Virus record (IMG/VR): IMGVR_UViG_3300037424_001831
Coordinates: 1-50,784 of that record
DNA: 50,784 nucleotides
Source of the DNA: a virus
Taxonomy: Duplodnaviria > Caudoviricetes
Strand: one strand, 5' to 3'
Numbering within the stretch: position 1 is the stretch's first letter; every line of letters begins with the position of its first letter. The notes under the pieces are model-generated. The model was not told the DNA's origin and ran no database searches. It was given only the letters and a program-made list of their open reading frames with translations. Below are positions 28,807 through 37,874 of the stretch, in pieces. A program made the position numbers and the translations under genes.

Positions 28807-30099
28807 TTAGGCGGAGGCTGCTGCGCCAAGTATAGAAGAAAGTGTAGCAGCTGCTGCTGCATACTTTTGCACCTTACTGGCAAGTTCTGCGGCTTCTCCA
28901 ATTTTATCAAATATTGCGAACTTTTGTTTTATCTTTTCAGCTCTTCTCTTTTGTTTCTCAATAGCTGTCCTTGTGAAATAATTTGCTACAAGTCTCTTAA
29001 ACTCCTTGATGACAAAAACAAGAAGCATTCTCAATAACTCCTTCAATAAAGCATTTACAAGACTTTTGAAGAACTCTTGTTTTTCTTCTGGATTTTGAGA
29101 GGGGTCGTCTGCAGAGTTCATTATGTCGCAATTGCTATAAGCAATGTTTGATGCTGCGAGACCTGTTGCTGCAGAGTCTGATGATATTGCCGTAAAAATA
29201 GGTCCAAGAAATGGAAATACAAGCGAAGAAATATAGTTTAGAAGTTTTCCAATCAATATTTCAAAAAAGCTATGTCCTATTGAGTTAGCGTTTTGCTCAT
29301 TATTAATTCTCTGTCCCTGATTTTTTACATGCTGTACTAAAATAGAAAGACTTTGTGCTGGAGTAGGGGGTAGTGTTGAACTTGCTGTAAATTGTCCACC
29401 TCCCTCAAATATGTAAGAGGGGTCTTCTGGAAGGAGTACTTTCACATCCTGACAGCTAACCTCAAATATCACCTCACCTTTCTCAAGTTGTTTTCTAAGA
29501 GCAATTCTATTGTATTCGACATCTTGCTGAAGTACAATTGGGTCACTTGACACACTAAATAGATTAACTCCACAAATAGCTTCATTGAACAATCTATCTC
29601 TTTCTGAAGCATTTGGATTTAAGACATCTGCGGCTCCTCCATCTTTCGGACCAAAAATCATCATAGTAAGATTTTTAGCAAGCTGCTGTTTAACTGCTTG
29701 CAAGAAGGTTGGAGGTATTAAGCCAGCAAGATAAGCTCTGTTGTTAATCTTATACTGGTCTTTCTCTGCTTGCGTAGCTGTTGGATTATTAATGCTGGGT
29801 AGTTGCCTACCCTTTTGTCCGATTGAGTCAGCTACAGCGGCAATAACTTTTTCTTCTAAAAAGGTTCCTGTTTCATCGAAAACTTTATCCAAAAATAAAT
29901 TGAATATTAACTCTGGGTCAATACCCATAGCCTTCATAACCTTGATGAGATAGTCAAATGTAGAAATCTGTTGAGACTTAGGGATGTTTAAGTGTACATC
30001 AATAGGTAAGGACAATAGACTCTTCATTGAACCTATTTTCGAGGTCAATTCAGACTGAGCGTCAGTAAGTGGTGATGATACGGGAATTTTTAGTGCCAT
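28807..30099 (-). CDS. Helical hypothetical protein
   Basis: 430-aa ORF within the operon. Confidence 0.6.
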   Translation of the reverse strand: MALKIPVSSPLTDAQSELTSKIGSMKSLLSLPIDVHLNIPKSQQISTFDYLIKVMKAMGIDPELIFNLFLDKVFDETGTFLEEKVIAAVADSIGQKGRQLPSINNPTATQAEKDQYKINNRAYLAGLIPPTFLQAVKQQLAKNLTMMIFGPKDGGAADVLNPNASERDRLFNEAICGVNLFSVSSDPIVLQQDVEYNRIALRKQLEKGEVIFEVSCQDVKVLLPEDPSYIFEGGGQFTASSTLPPTPAQSLSILVQHVKNQGQRINNEQNANSIGHSFFEILIGKLLNYISSLVFPFLGPIFTAISSDSAATGLAASNIAYSNCDIMNSADDPSQNPEEKQEFFKSLVNALLKELLRMLLVFVIKEFKRLVANYFTRTAIEKQKRRAEKIKQKFAIFDKIGEAAELASKVQKYAAAAATLSSILGAAASA

Positions 30100-30104
30100 T
30101 GCTA

Positions 30105-30509
30105 TTAATCTTCTAAATCTTCATCTGGAAGGGTATCATCTTTATCTTCCTCTTCCTTAACTGCGTCAATAAGCGCACGCTTAGTAGCGTCATTAAAGTT
30201 TACCTCAACATTTGATGTCGAGTCTTCCTTGTATACAATACTCTTAATTTCTTTTGCGAGCTTCTCAATACCATCAGAGGCATTTGCTGCTTGCTTAAGA
30301 AAGTCAATTGCATTCTTTCCCATTAAAATAAAGCTTTCTGCTGTATCCATTTGGGCATCAGCTCTCCTATATCTATCGAGAGCCATCTCTCTCTCCTCAA
30401 GTTTATATCTATAAACCTCTGAGATTAACTTTTCATACAACTCCCTTGTTGGGTCCATACTCTTTCCAGAGGGGTTGGTTCCAGGTGTTTGATTTGTATT
30501 ATCTTCCAT
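30105..30509 (-). CDS. Hypothetical helical protein
   Basis: 134-aa ORF with TATTTATA at 30531-30538 upstream. Confidence 0.6.
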   Translation of the reverse strand: MEDNTNQTPGTNPSGKSMDPTRELYEKLISEVYRYKLEEREMALDRYRRADAQMDTAESFILMGKNAIDFLKQAANASDGIEKLAKEIKSIVYKEDSTSNVEVNFNDATKRALIDAVKEEEDKDDTLPDEDLED

Positions 30510-30530
30510 TTTTAACAGTTTTATTGTTCT

Positions 30531-30538
30531 TATAAATA
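30531..30538 (-). promoter_or_regulatory. TATTTATA putative late-promoter motif
   Basis: Exact octamer 21 nt before ATG 30509. Confidence 0.5.
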
Positions 30539-30553
30539 GATTTCAGAAAAAAA

Positions 30554-30922
30554 CTATGTCAAACCAAGGATAAAATCATCTTTTATGAGTATGTAAATTT
30601 TTCTGAATTTATAAATTGAGCGCTCAAAACCTGAGTCATCGAGCCCAGAGAAATCTTTTAAGAAGTCGATTGTGAGTCTTGGTTCCCAATCTTCCAGGCA
30701 ACTTCCCATTATGTCAAAGTTACATAGTAGCTCTATTATTGAATCGCATAAAAGTATGTCTTCATCTTCATCCTTGGGAATAGCTTTTATTTCATCCATA
30801 AGAGTGTTGACCAAGAAGTGATAAAAGGAAATGCAATTAGAAGTGTCAATCTCCATGTTATTGTCACCAAAGATAGTGTTAAGTATCAATAAGAATATGT
30901 CTTTTTTCAACTTTGTATCCAT
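30554..30922 (-). CDS. Acidic hypothetical protein
   Basis: 122-aa ORF directly downstream of the sigma-like gene. Confidence 0.55.
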   Translation of the reverse strand: MDTKLKKDIFLLILNTIFGDNNMEIDTSNCISFYHFLVNTLMDEIKAIPKDEDEDILLCDSIIELLCNFDIMGSCLEDWEPRLTIDFLKDFSGLDDSGFERSIYKFRKIYILIKDDFILGLT

Positions 30923-30929
30923 GGCTTAA

Positions 30930-31838
30930 CTAATAAGGAAAAATATCATCATCATATCCATAGTACTTATCCCTATGTTTTTCAACAAATTCTTGCTTCT
31001 TTAGTTTGTAAAGAATTTTAAATCTGTGGAGGGAATAAGTAATATCTTTTGTCTCAAGATTTGTGTGCTCCTTGATTAATTTGTACACTGAACTCTTAGA
31101 GTAAACTCCTATTAATTCGTGGTTCCTAAAAATATCCACAATTGCCTCAGCAACTTTTGCGTCATTTTTAGAAATATCTGGCCTTTCCACTTCTCCTTCA
31201 AATAAATCAGTTATGTGATTAAATAAAGCAAGAGAGCTATCAAGGTCAGATTCATCATCGAGCTCAAACTGAGAAAGCTCATCGGCCTCTTCACTATGAT
31301 TTTCATAGCTCAAAGTTACCTTTGTACTTTTATCAACTTCCTTCTTCTTGTTTTGAAGGTAGTGTTTCGCTACTGTTCCATAAAAAGAGAAAGACTTAGT
31401 ATTTTGGTCTGGGTCAAAGTTGCAAAATTTTTCAATAACATGAGACATGCAATCATTATGAAGCGTCTTAACGTCCACTCCAGACCTAAATAACTTGAAG
31501 CTAAATATTATGTTCTCAACCAATCTGGTGAGCGGCTTGTGAATATGCTTTCTAAAGATTTCCTCTTTTTTTCTAATAACCGATTCTCTGCTGGTATGGT
31601 CTACCATAGATTGGTTTATTAAAATAAAGTCTTCATCTAAAGCTATGACTTTAAGTCTTGGATTGACCCTGTTCTTTTCAACGCTTTTTGAAACGTCTTC
31701 GATATGCTTGTCAATCTTATACTGGTAATAATTAAAGTCGTTTTTTAAATACTCCTTAACCGCTTCTTCGGTTTCTGCTGTCCAATATTCTTTCTTCTTA
31801 GCTACCTTCTTTTTATTGTTCTTGTGGTTGCTGTTCAT
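30930..31838 (-). CDS. Phage RNA polymerase sigma-like factor (gp55 / sigma70 region 2-like)
   Basis: DCMSHVIEKFCNFDPDQNTKSFSFYGTVAKHYL resembles sigma region 2.2-2.4; start set at ATG 31838. Confidence 0.6.
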   Translation of the reverse strand: MNSNHKNNKKKVAKKKEYWTAETEEAVKEYLKNDFNYYQYKIDKHIEDVSKSVEKNRVNPRLKVIALDEDFILINQSMVDHTSRESVIRKKEEIFRKHIHKPLTRLVENIIFSFKLFRSGVDVKTLHNDCMSHVIEKFCNFDPDQNTKSFSFYGTVAKHYLQNKKKEVDKSTKVTLSYENHSEEADELSQFELDDESDLDSSLALFNHITDLFEGEVERPDISKNDAKVAEAIVDIFRNHELIGVYSKSSVYKLIKEHTNLETKDITYSLHRFKILYKLKKQEFVEKHRDKYYGYDDDIFPY

Positions 31839-32775
31839 ATACTTTATTTCTATCTTCGTCAAAAAAGTATTCTTTCTTAGCAAGTTCCACCCAAAAAGAA
31901 GTTTCCTGAGCGCTAACTCCCCCTTTTTCTTCTGGGATAGCTGCGATGTTATTAGGAACTTTTGAAGATGAATGACTAAATTCTTGTACACTGTTTACTC
32001 TGAAGTCATATCCAACTCTTGGAACTGTCATCATTTTAACATCATTGTAAATCATCCTAAGGAAAAATTCATAATAATGACTAATCTTGATACTCTCCTT
32101 CATGGGGCATAATCTACCATCTTTGTCTTCGCTGTATTCTTCTAAGCTACTAACTCTGAATACACCTCCAAGTGGATTTGCGCAGTTAAATCTTAAAAGA
32201 AGATTCATATCGAATCTTCCAGCTTCTTCAGAAATTCCTTCAGCCCAACAAGCTTCATTCATTAAGCCAGTTAAGGCTCCATTTTGGAAATTTCTAATCA
32301 TAGGTAAGAAGAATCCTACTTCTTCATTCTCCTTCATGTATACATTAGCGATGTTGTACCACTTGGCCCCAACTGCATCATCAATTTCGATGACAGAAAA
32401 AGCTTCATAGCCACCATTAAGCGCTAAGTTAAATAATGTATTGAATACTTTTGAGAAATTGCTAACTTCAGTTTTGATGATATTCACATCAACACTACCA
32501 TTAGCATCAATTATTTCTTCATTAACCGTTCCATCTTCAGCTGTCTTAACAGTTTTGATGGTTGGTTTTTTAGCTATACCCATCAAAGACTCTATTTCTT
32601 TGTTGGACAAGCCAGCATCCAATATAACAACGTCAACTGGATGGGTTTGATTAGCAAGGCCAAAAAGGCATTCTGCCAATTGACCTTCATGCTTAATCTT
32701 ATCAAGGTATAATCCTACAAGGATATTATTGCTTGAAGCTTTCAAGTTCTTTAATTCTTTCATCTTTATATTCAT
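31813..32775 (-). CDS. Divergent GT2-fold glycosyltransferase-like protein
   Basis: ECLFGLANQT..VDVVILD, SVIEIDD, YEFFLRM...VPRVGY. Confidence 0.55.
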   Translation of the reverse strand: MNIKMKELKNLKASSNNILVGLYLDKIKHEGQLAECLFGLANQTHPVDVVILDAGLSNKEIESLMGIAKKPTIKTVKTAEDGTVNEEIIDANGSVDVNIIKTEVSNFSKVFNTLFNLALNGGYEAFSVIEIDDAVGAKWYNIANVYMKENEEVGFFLPMIRNFQNGALTGLMNEACWAEGISEEAGRFDMNLLLRFNCANPLGGVFRVSSLEEYSEDKDGRLCPMKESIKISHYYEFFLRMIYNDVKMMTVPRVGYDFRVNSVQEFSHSSSKVPNNIAAIPEEKGGVSAQETSFWVELAKKEYFFDEDRNKVYEQQPQEQ

Positions 32776-33919
32776 TTAAAAGTTTGATTATATTATCTTT
32801 TTCTCCCTCAATGGTGTACTTGCTAAGAGTTTCTTCGTATTTAGACTGGATGTCTTCTGAATCCATATCACCATTAAGCCATTTGTCAATAGCAAGACCT
32901 AAGATTTCTGCAGTCTGGAAAATGTCTCCATTATTACACCAGAAACCATTTTCATTGGTCATATATTCTTTGCCACCAAATGAAGCCCATCCAATAGTGT
33001 GAGTTCCAGAAGCCATAGCCTCAAGTGGAGCCGTACCAAATCCTGCAATGTCATCGGTGTATAAATAGAATGCACAAGATGCAAGTCTCTCAGCAAATTG
33101 TTCTCTATCCATCCCTTCAAGCTCCTGGAATCTAATCCACTTAAGATGTGGGTAGAATGCATAGAAAGTCTTGATGATATTGTAAGTCTTCAACTTATTT
33201 TCTGGACCTCTTGATGCAGAGAAAGCTACCATAGGTAGTTTATCAGATACTTTTTCGGGAACCTTGAAGATTTCTCTATTGATTCCTTGTTTAAAATCTT
33301 TTACGTGAAGACCTGGCATAACTGACACTAAGTATTCAGTGATTGCATCAGACGCAGAGATTACATCTCTGATTCCAAAGTGCTGCCACTTCTCTCCTGG
33401 CTGCATCGCATTTAATACGTAGAACCAGCTTTGTGCAAACACAATTCTCTTACAAGAAACTTGCATTGTCTTTTTCATTACATCAGGAAAACCTTCTGGA
33501 ATGATTAAAAAATCTTCTGGATTTACGCTAAGCGGAATACATGCTTGAGTGGTTCCGTCATTGAACGTAATATCCTTATCGCCAAGAGGCATGATTTTGA
33601 TATTTGAAATATCAAAGTCAACCCACTTAGGATTGAATTTGTCAAAAATATCAACTTGCTTCTTAGCTTTTGTTGAAGCTTCGTATGAAGCTCTTTGGTC
33701 GTGTCTTGGCTCGTAAACAAGCGTTACATCAAAACCATTGTCGCTAAGATTTTTAGCTGCTCTTAGTAAAACCCCAACTCCCCCACTTGGGCCGTTCATT
33801 GGCGGACAATAGAAATAAGTCTTAAAAGTGTTATCTCTGAGCTTACCGATAGCGTTGTCGATAATTTCATTTTGATTAGGTGCTTTAACCTCATCTTGTA
33901 CTTCAGTATTCTTTTCCAT
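32726..33919 (-). CDS. GT-B (GT4-like) glycosyltransferase
   Basis: PSGGVG N-terminal loop, IIPEG, and AGFGTAPLEAMASG motif. Confidence 0.75.
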   Translation of the reverse strand: MEKNTEVQDEVKAPNQNEIIDNAIGKLRDNTFKTYFYCPPMNGPSGGVGVLLRAAKNLSDNGFDVTLVYEPRHDQRASYEASTKAKKQVDIFDKFNPKWVDFDISNIKIMPLGDKDITFNDGTTQACIPLSVNPEDFLIIPEGFPDVMKKTMQVSCKRIVFAQSWFYVLNAMQPGEKWQHFGIRDVISASDAITEYLVSVMPGLHVKDFKQGINREIFKVPEKVSDKLPMVAFSASRGPENKLKTYNIIKTFYAFYPHLKWIRFQELEGMDREQFAERLASCAFYLYTDDIAGFGTAPLEAMASGTHTIGWASFGGKEYMTNENGFWCNNGDIFQTAEILGLAIDKWLNGDMDSEDIQSKYEETLSKYTIEGEKDNIIKLLNEYKDERIKELESFKQ

Positions 33920-34006
33920 GAAATTTATTTATTTCGATTAATTTTAAAGTGTTATAGCGTATCGAAATAAATATATAAAGCCCCAGAAGTAAAATAAATA
34001 GTTTTT

Positions 34007-34042
34007 AAAAAAAAAGACCAAGAAATTAAATTCTTGGTCTTT
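34007..34042 (-). terminator. Strong intrinsic terminator
   Basis: 12-bp perfect inverted repeat AAAGACCAAGAA/TTCTTGGTCTTT followed by a long U tract on the minus strand. Confidence 0.75.
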
Positions 34043-34054
34043 CTAAATTTATAA

Positions 34055-34245
34055 TTGTAGCAACTAAAGAGAGTCTAACAGCAAGCCAGACAATAGAGGC
34101 TCGTCCAGAGTTGGGTCCTGTCTTTCGACTTTCCAGACCCTCGTCCTGCCTCAGAAGACTATGAGTCTGCTGGGTCTTGTGTATAGTTCACGCAGGGTTA
34201 CTGGTCTACTCTCACTAATATTAACCCTTTTTCGTGTCGCTACAA
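34055..34245 (-). ncRNA. Candidate ~190-nt structured RNA of unknown family
   Basis: GC-richer intergenic island with a 10-bp closing stem UUGUAGCGAC/GUUGCUACAA (the G-U pair works only on the minus strand), several internal helices, a GAAA tetraloop and a possible pseudoknot, immediately before a terminator. Confidence 0.55.
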
Positions 34246-34252
34246 AAATAAA

Positions 34253-35110
34253 TTATGCGTTATCCTCTGTTGAGTCAACGTCTTTTACATTCGAAAGGTC
34301 TTCACCAACGGTATCACCATCAACTACAGTAGAGAAGAATGCGTCATTCGTCATGCTATTCATTGTCATTGATTCAAGAGTCACATCTCCAAGTGAAGCT
34401 GATGCCATGTAGGCAGTGTTGCTCATCTTAGCTCTTGACATAATACCTCTTGAAAGGGTTGTTGAAGCTGCGCTTGCTCCACCAGCTGTAGAAGCATAGT
34501 TGATTGAGTTACCAGCAGAGATTCCAAATCTACTTGCAGTAAGAACCGCATCTTGATTAGCCCCCATGTAACTAAATGTCCATGCACCACCTTTTTCAAG
34601 TTCGTTGATAACTTTCTTGATTGATTCTGCATTATGTTCTCTTGATGAGTTTTCTTCACCATCAGTCATAATAACAACAAGAGCTGTTGAGATGCTGTCG
34701 CTTTCCTTATCTTTCTTGCTCAAGTGAGTTTTAAGATTTGAAATACCTACTCCAATAGCATCATGAAGTGCGGTTCCGCCTCTTGGCCCAAATTCAGAAC
34801 CATCAAAATCTTTAACATCAGAGATAGGTGTGTTTTCCATAATTGTATCAATCTCTGTATCAAATACCACAAGAGAGACAAAATATCTTTGTTCTGGATA
34901 TTTTTCTTCAAGGTGTCTAATTGTTCCAAGTTGTTCGTTAAGCCCGCTGATTGTTGAATTCCAGCATGAGCTCATTGACCCACTTCTATCTAAGATAAGT
35001 AAATAGTGTGTATCAAGGTTTTTGTCTACCGTAGTAGTTGTCACAACGGTTGTAGTCGTTGTTGTTGTAGTAGTCTTCTTTGTAGAAGATTTCTTTTTGC
35101 TTTTAGCCAT
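34253..35110 (-). CDS. von Willebrand factor A domain protein with Lys/Thr-rich N-terminus
   Basis: MIDAS motifs LDRSGSM, GGTALHDAIG and IMTDGEENSS. Confidence 0.85.
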   Translation of the reverse strand: MAKSKKKSSTKKTTTTTTTTTVVTTTTVDKNLDTHYLLILDRSGSMSSCWNSTISGLNEQLGTIRHLEEKYPEQRYFVSLVVFDTEIDTIMENTPISDVKDFDGSEFGPRGGTALHDAIGVGISNLKTHLSKKDKESDSISTALVVIMTDGEENSSREHNAESIKKVINELEKGGAWTFSYMGANQDAVLTASRFGISAGNSINYASTAGGASAASTTLSRGIMSRAKMSNTAYMASASLGDVTLESMTMNSMTNDAFFSTVVDGDTVGEDLSNVKDVDSTEDNA

Positions 35111-35175
35111 TTTAATTGTTTTAAAGTGTTAATGTAAATATGAGGGTAAAAAAATTTTAGAACAAAACAAAATTT

Positions 35176-35892
35176 TTATGATTTTTTTTCTCCAATCAAT
35201 AAATCTTCTAAGAAAGATGGGTTAATTTCTGATAAAAACTTGAAACTATGCTCAGTGTTATCCCATTGATTAAAGGCGTGTTCAATCTTTACTGCTGTCT
35301 TTCCACCTGGAACATCTTGTAGTATTTCAGGTACACAATCTATGAGTACATCACAATGAGACCATTTTTCGTGCTCATGCTCCACACATTCGAAACTTCT
35401 CATCCTACAGTTATGTGTAGCAAGGAAATGCCAAGTCGCTGGAAGCGCTGCTCCACCAATACTCGTTAACAACACGGTTTTATAAAGTTTGTTTTGAATT
35501 CCATAAGCCTGGATTCTATTAAAGGCTTCGCAAGCTCCTCTATATTCCTCTGCCTTACCAAATATCTGGAAAGGGAACTTTTGATACATAAATTCATCAA
35601 GAGCTTCTTGTGGTGACAAAATTGTTTCTCCGTCCATTCCAACTGTGTCCTCAAATTTGTAATGGTTGAAAAGTTCATAAGAGTTCATTGGGAGGGTGAT
35701 TAACTCTTTTTCTTTGAGTTCTATTTTTTTCTCAAGAAGTTCAAGTTCATCTTCTGTCTGTTCTTTCACAGTCATGTCTCTATTCATCTCAACCAAACTT
35801 GGGTTGTGAATAAAAGCTTTTCTGTATTGCTTGTCAAATTCTGCGTAAAAATCTCTGATTACACCATCAAGGCTAATTCCTATTGTCTTCAT
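35176..35892 (-). CDS. 5'(3')-deoxyribonucleotidase-like HAD protein with degenerate motif I
   Basis: IGISLDGVIRDF, DVLIDC and AFNQW; the first Asp of DxD is replaced by Ser. Confidence 0.55.
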   Translation of the reverse strand: MKTIGISLDGVIRDFYAEFDKQYRKAFIHNPSLVEMNRDMTVKEQTEDELELLEKKIELKEKELITLPMNSYELFNHYKFEDTVGMDGETILSPQEALDEFMYQKFPFQIFGKAEEYRGACEAFNRIQAYGIQNKLYKTVLLTSIGGAALPATWHFLATHNCRMRSFECVEHEHEKWSHCDVLIDCVPEILQDVPGGKTAVKIEHAFNQWDNTEHSFKFLSEINPSFLEDLLIGEKKS

Positions 35893-35959
35893 CTATTAGG
35901 TTTATAATTTTATAAAATGTAAACAAAAAAAAGAGGAATATCAATTTCTCTTTATAATA

Positions 35960-36178
35960 TTAAGCTTTTTTGAACCTTTGAACGTCATCGTCCCCATCTT
36001 TCACCCTCTCGAACCACATTGAGAGAGGTCTAACGTAGACGCTTCCAAATAACTCCGACTTGTATACAACCATTGGCTCACCTGTTTCTGTATGATTGGC
36101 AAGGGTGATTATAGTGTATAAACCACCTTTGTAATGTCTATATACTGGACCTATTTCTGGATATAATACAACACTCAT
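35960..36178 (-). CDS. DUF1653-family protein
   Basis: YRHYKGGLY...HTETGEPMVVY...VRPLSMW. Confidence 0.8.
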   Translation of the reverse strand: MSVVLYPEIGPVYRHYKGGLYTIITLANHTETGEPMVVYKSELFGSVYVRPLSMWFERVKDGDDDVQRFKKA

Positions 36179-37803
36179 TACTCAAACGTTGTGAACTCTC
36201 CCTTGTTGAAGTAAATCAACTGACCCTTTCCATTTGGGTGAATGATTGCATGAGCATGACCCCACTTACTTGCTCCAGAATTATATCCAAGTCTAAGCTT
36301 GGTTGACGTTCCCACTTGAATTACTCCGTCTTTTCTACTTGGAGCATGAGAATGTCCCACAATCATCTTTGTGTTAAGCTGTCGATATTGATTGATTGAG
36401 CCTCTACTGCCACCAGAACCAATGTGTCCGTGTTGACCAACTTCCCAATCATGAATTCTATAGCTATCATTCAGCCCAAGTGTAGTCATATTTGGATACT
36501 CTTGGTTAATTATATAAGGGATAACTCCATTCACAGCCTTTCTTTCATAGACTAATGTTGAGAATTCTGAGTATGCAGGATAATTGAGCGGGTTTCTCTC
36601 TTTTCTGATGTCAACATCACGAAGCCATCTATCAAGAAAATCATCATGATTACTTCGAACAATAATTGTATCGTACTTAGCAAAAGGCTTAAGGCCCGCA
36701 ATCATATTGTCAATTTCTTGCTTAAGATTATTTGTTCCTTCAAGTGCTTTGAAATATTGAGCAAAATGGTCTTTTCTATCATGGTGACTAATTGACTTAC
36801 CGTCAAATACATCATGAAGAACTACCTTCTTTGGCTTAAGTTTCTTCATCAACACATTCAAAGTAACGTCAACTACTTGTTCATCATGTTCTCCAAAGTG
36901 CATATCACCAAGAACAATACCATCAATTTCTTTTATTTTTTCAACTTCAGATTTACCCTCAAAATCTCTACTTACAAAATCAAGTCCATCAATCATATTG
37001 ATTTTCTTATGGCCCCCTTTAAACTCAACCTTATAGTAAAGGTCATAAAAGTTTCCGTTGTCAGTAGCGGTAACGCATCTGGTAAATACTTTTTTCTTAT
37101 CTTTGATTTCAACTATAACAAAGCCGAGTGTGTGATGAAACTCCCCTTTCTTTCCAGCTTTTGAGTCTGTATAATTAGGAATTGTACACGCCCCTGTTGT
37201 CATCATCTTCTTTTCAGGTCTTCCCTCAAGAACATCTAATGTTTCTTCTTGAGCTTTTGGATGACCAAATATACATGACTCAGAACCACTAAAACCTTTC
37301 ATTCCTGTCATCGGTGTAACTGCCGTTGGAGATACTTTCACATCTCCAATTACAACAAGTCGCTTGTGAATAGACTCTCTATTTGCATACAAATAAGGAA
37401 TAGTTCTTGAGTGCCAAGTATCATAATCCTTATCAGAAAATACTGATGTTGGATTCTTATATCTACCAGCTATGATACAAATCTCTGCATCTATGAATTT
37501 AGCGTAGGCTTCAATGTTTTTTAGGAATGGCTCATGAACAGGCGTGTTGTTCTGTGCCCAAGTAATGATAAACCGCTTAGCTTTCTTGTTTATCTTATTT
37601 TTCTTAGCCTCCTCATATTGAGGGGATGAAGGTTCTATGGGGTTTGTGTAACCTAATTTTGCTGCCCAACTTCGAGCTGTTCTACTGGCAACTCCAGTAT
37701 ATTCAGATAATAATCTCTCTTTTGTGTCCCAGGATATTTCTCGGTTAGTATAGATTTCCTCTATTTTGAGTTTGTCGTCCTCAGTTAGTTCTTCGAATCT
37801 CAT
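36178..37803 (-). CDS. Calcineurin-like metallophosphoesterase, T5 A1-like
   Basis: LGDMH, LHDVFD, SNHDD, QHGH and GHSH motifs; ITWAQNNT, GHPK and KAGKKGEFHH recalled from A1-like phage proteins. Confidence 0.65.
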   Translation of the reverse strand: MRFEELTEDDKLKIEEIYTNREISWDTKERLLSEYTGVASRTARSWAAKLGYTNPIEPSSPQYEEAKKNKINKKAKRFIITWAQNNTPVHEPFLKNIEAYAKFIDAEICIIAGRYKNPTSVFSDKDYDTWHSRTIPYLYANRESIHKRLVVIGDVKVSPTAVTPMTGMKGFSGSESCIFGHPKAQEETLDVLEGRPEKKMMTTGACTIPNYTDSKAGKKGEFHHTLGFVIVEIKDKKKVFTRCVTATDNGNFYDLYYKVEFKGGHKKINMIDGLDFVSRDFEGKSEVEKIKEIDGIVLGDMHFGEHDEQVVDVTLNVLMKKLKPKKVVLHDVFDGKSISHHDRKDHFAQYFKALEGTNNLKQEIDNMIAGLKPFAKYDTIIVRSNHDDFLDRWLRDVDIRKERNPLNYPAYSEFSTLVYERKAVNGVIPYIINQEYPNMTTLGLNDSYRIHDWEVGQHGHIGSGGSRGSINQYRQLNTKMIVGHSHAPSRKDGVIQVGTSTKLRLGYNSGASKWGHAHAIIHPNGKGQLIYFNKGEFTTFE

Positions 37804-37874
37804 AGTTAAATTTATCTCTTAAATTTTGTCTCTCTTGTGCAAATTAAGATAAAAAAAACCAAATACCCAAATTT

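Noticed and set aside
30105-30509. Possible terminase small subunit
   Set aside because: Only size, helicity and a late motif suggest it; there is no diagnostic motif and no adjacent large subunit.
34081-34160. Resemblance of the RNA candidate to RNase P (GGAAAGUC), hammerhead (CUGA...GAAA) or c-di-GMP riboswitch
   Set aside because: Only short words match; the order and spacing of conserved elements do not fit, so no family is assigned.
34161-34412. Plus-strand 83-aa ORF over the RNA candidate
   Set aside because: It is antisense to the vWA gene, has no recognisable motif, and opposes the minus-strand terminator and operon direction.
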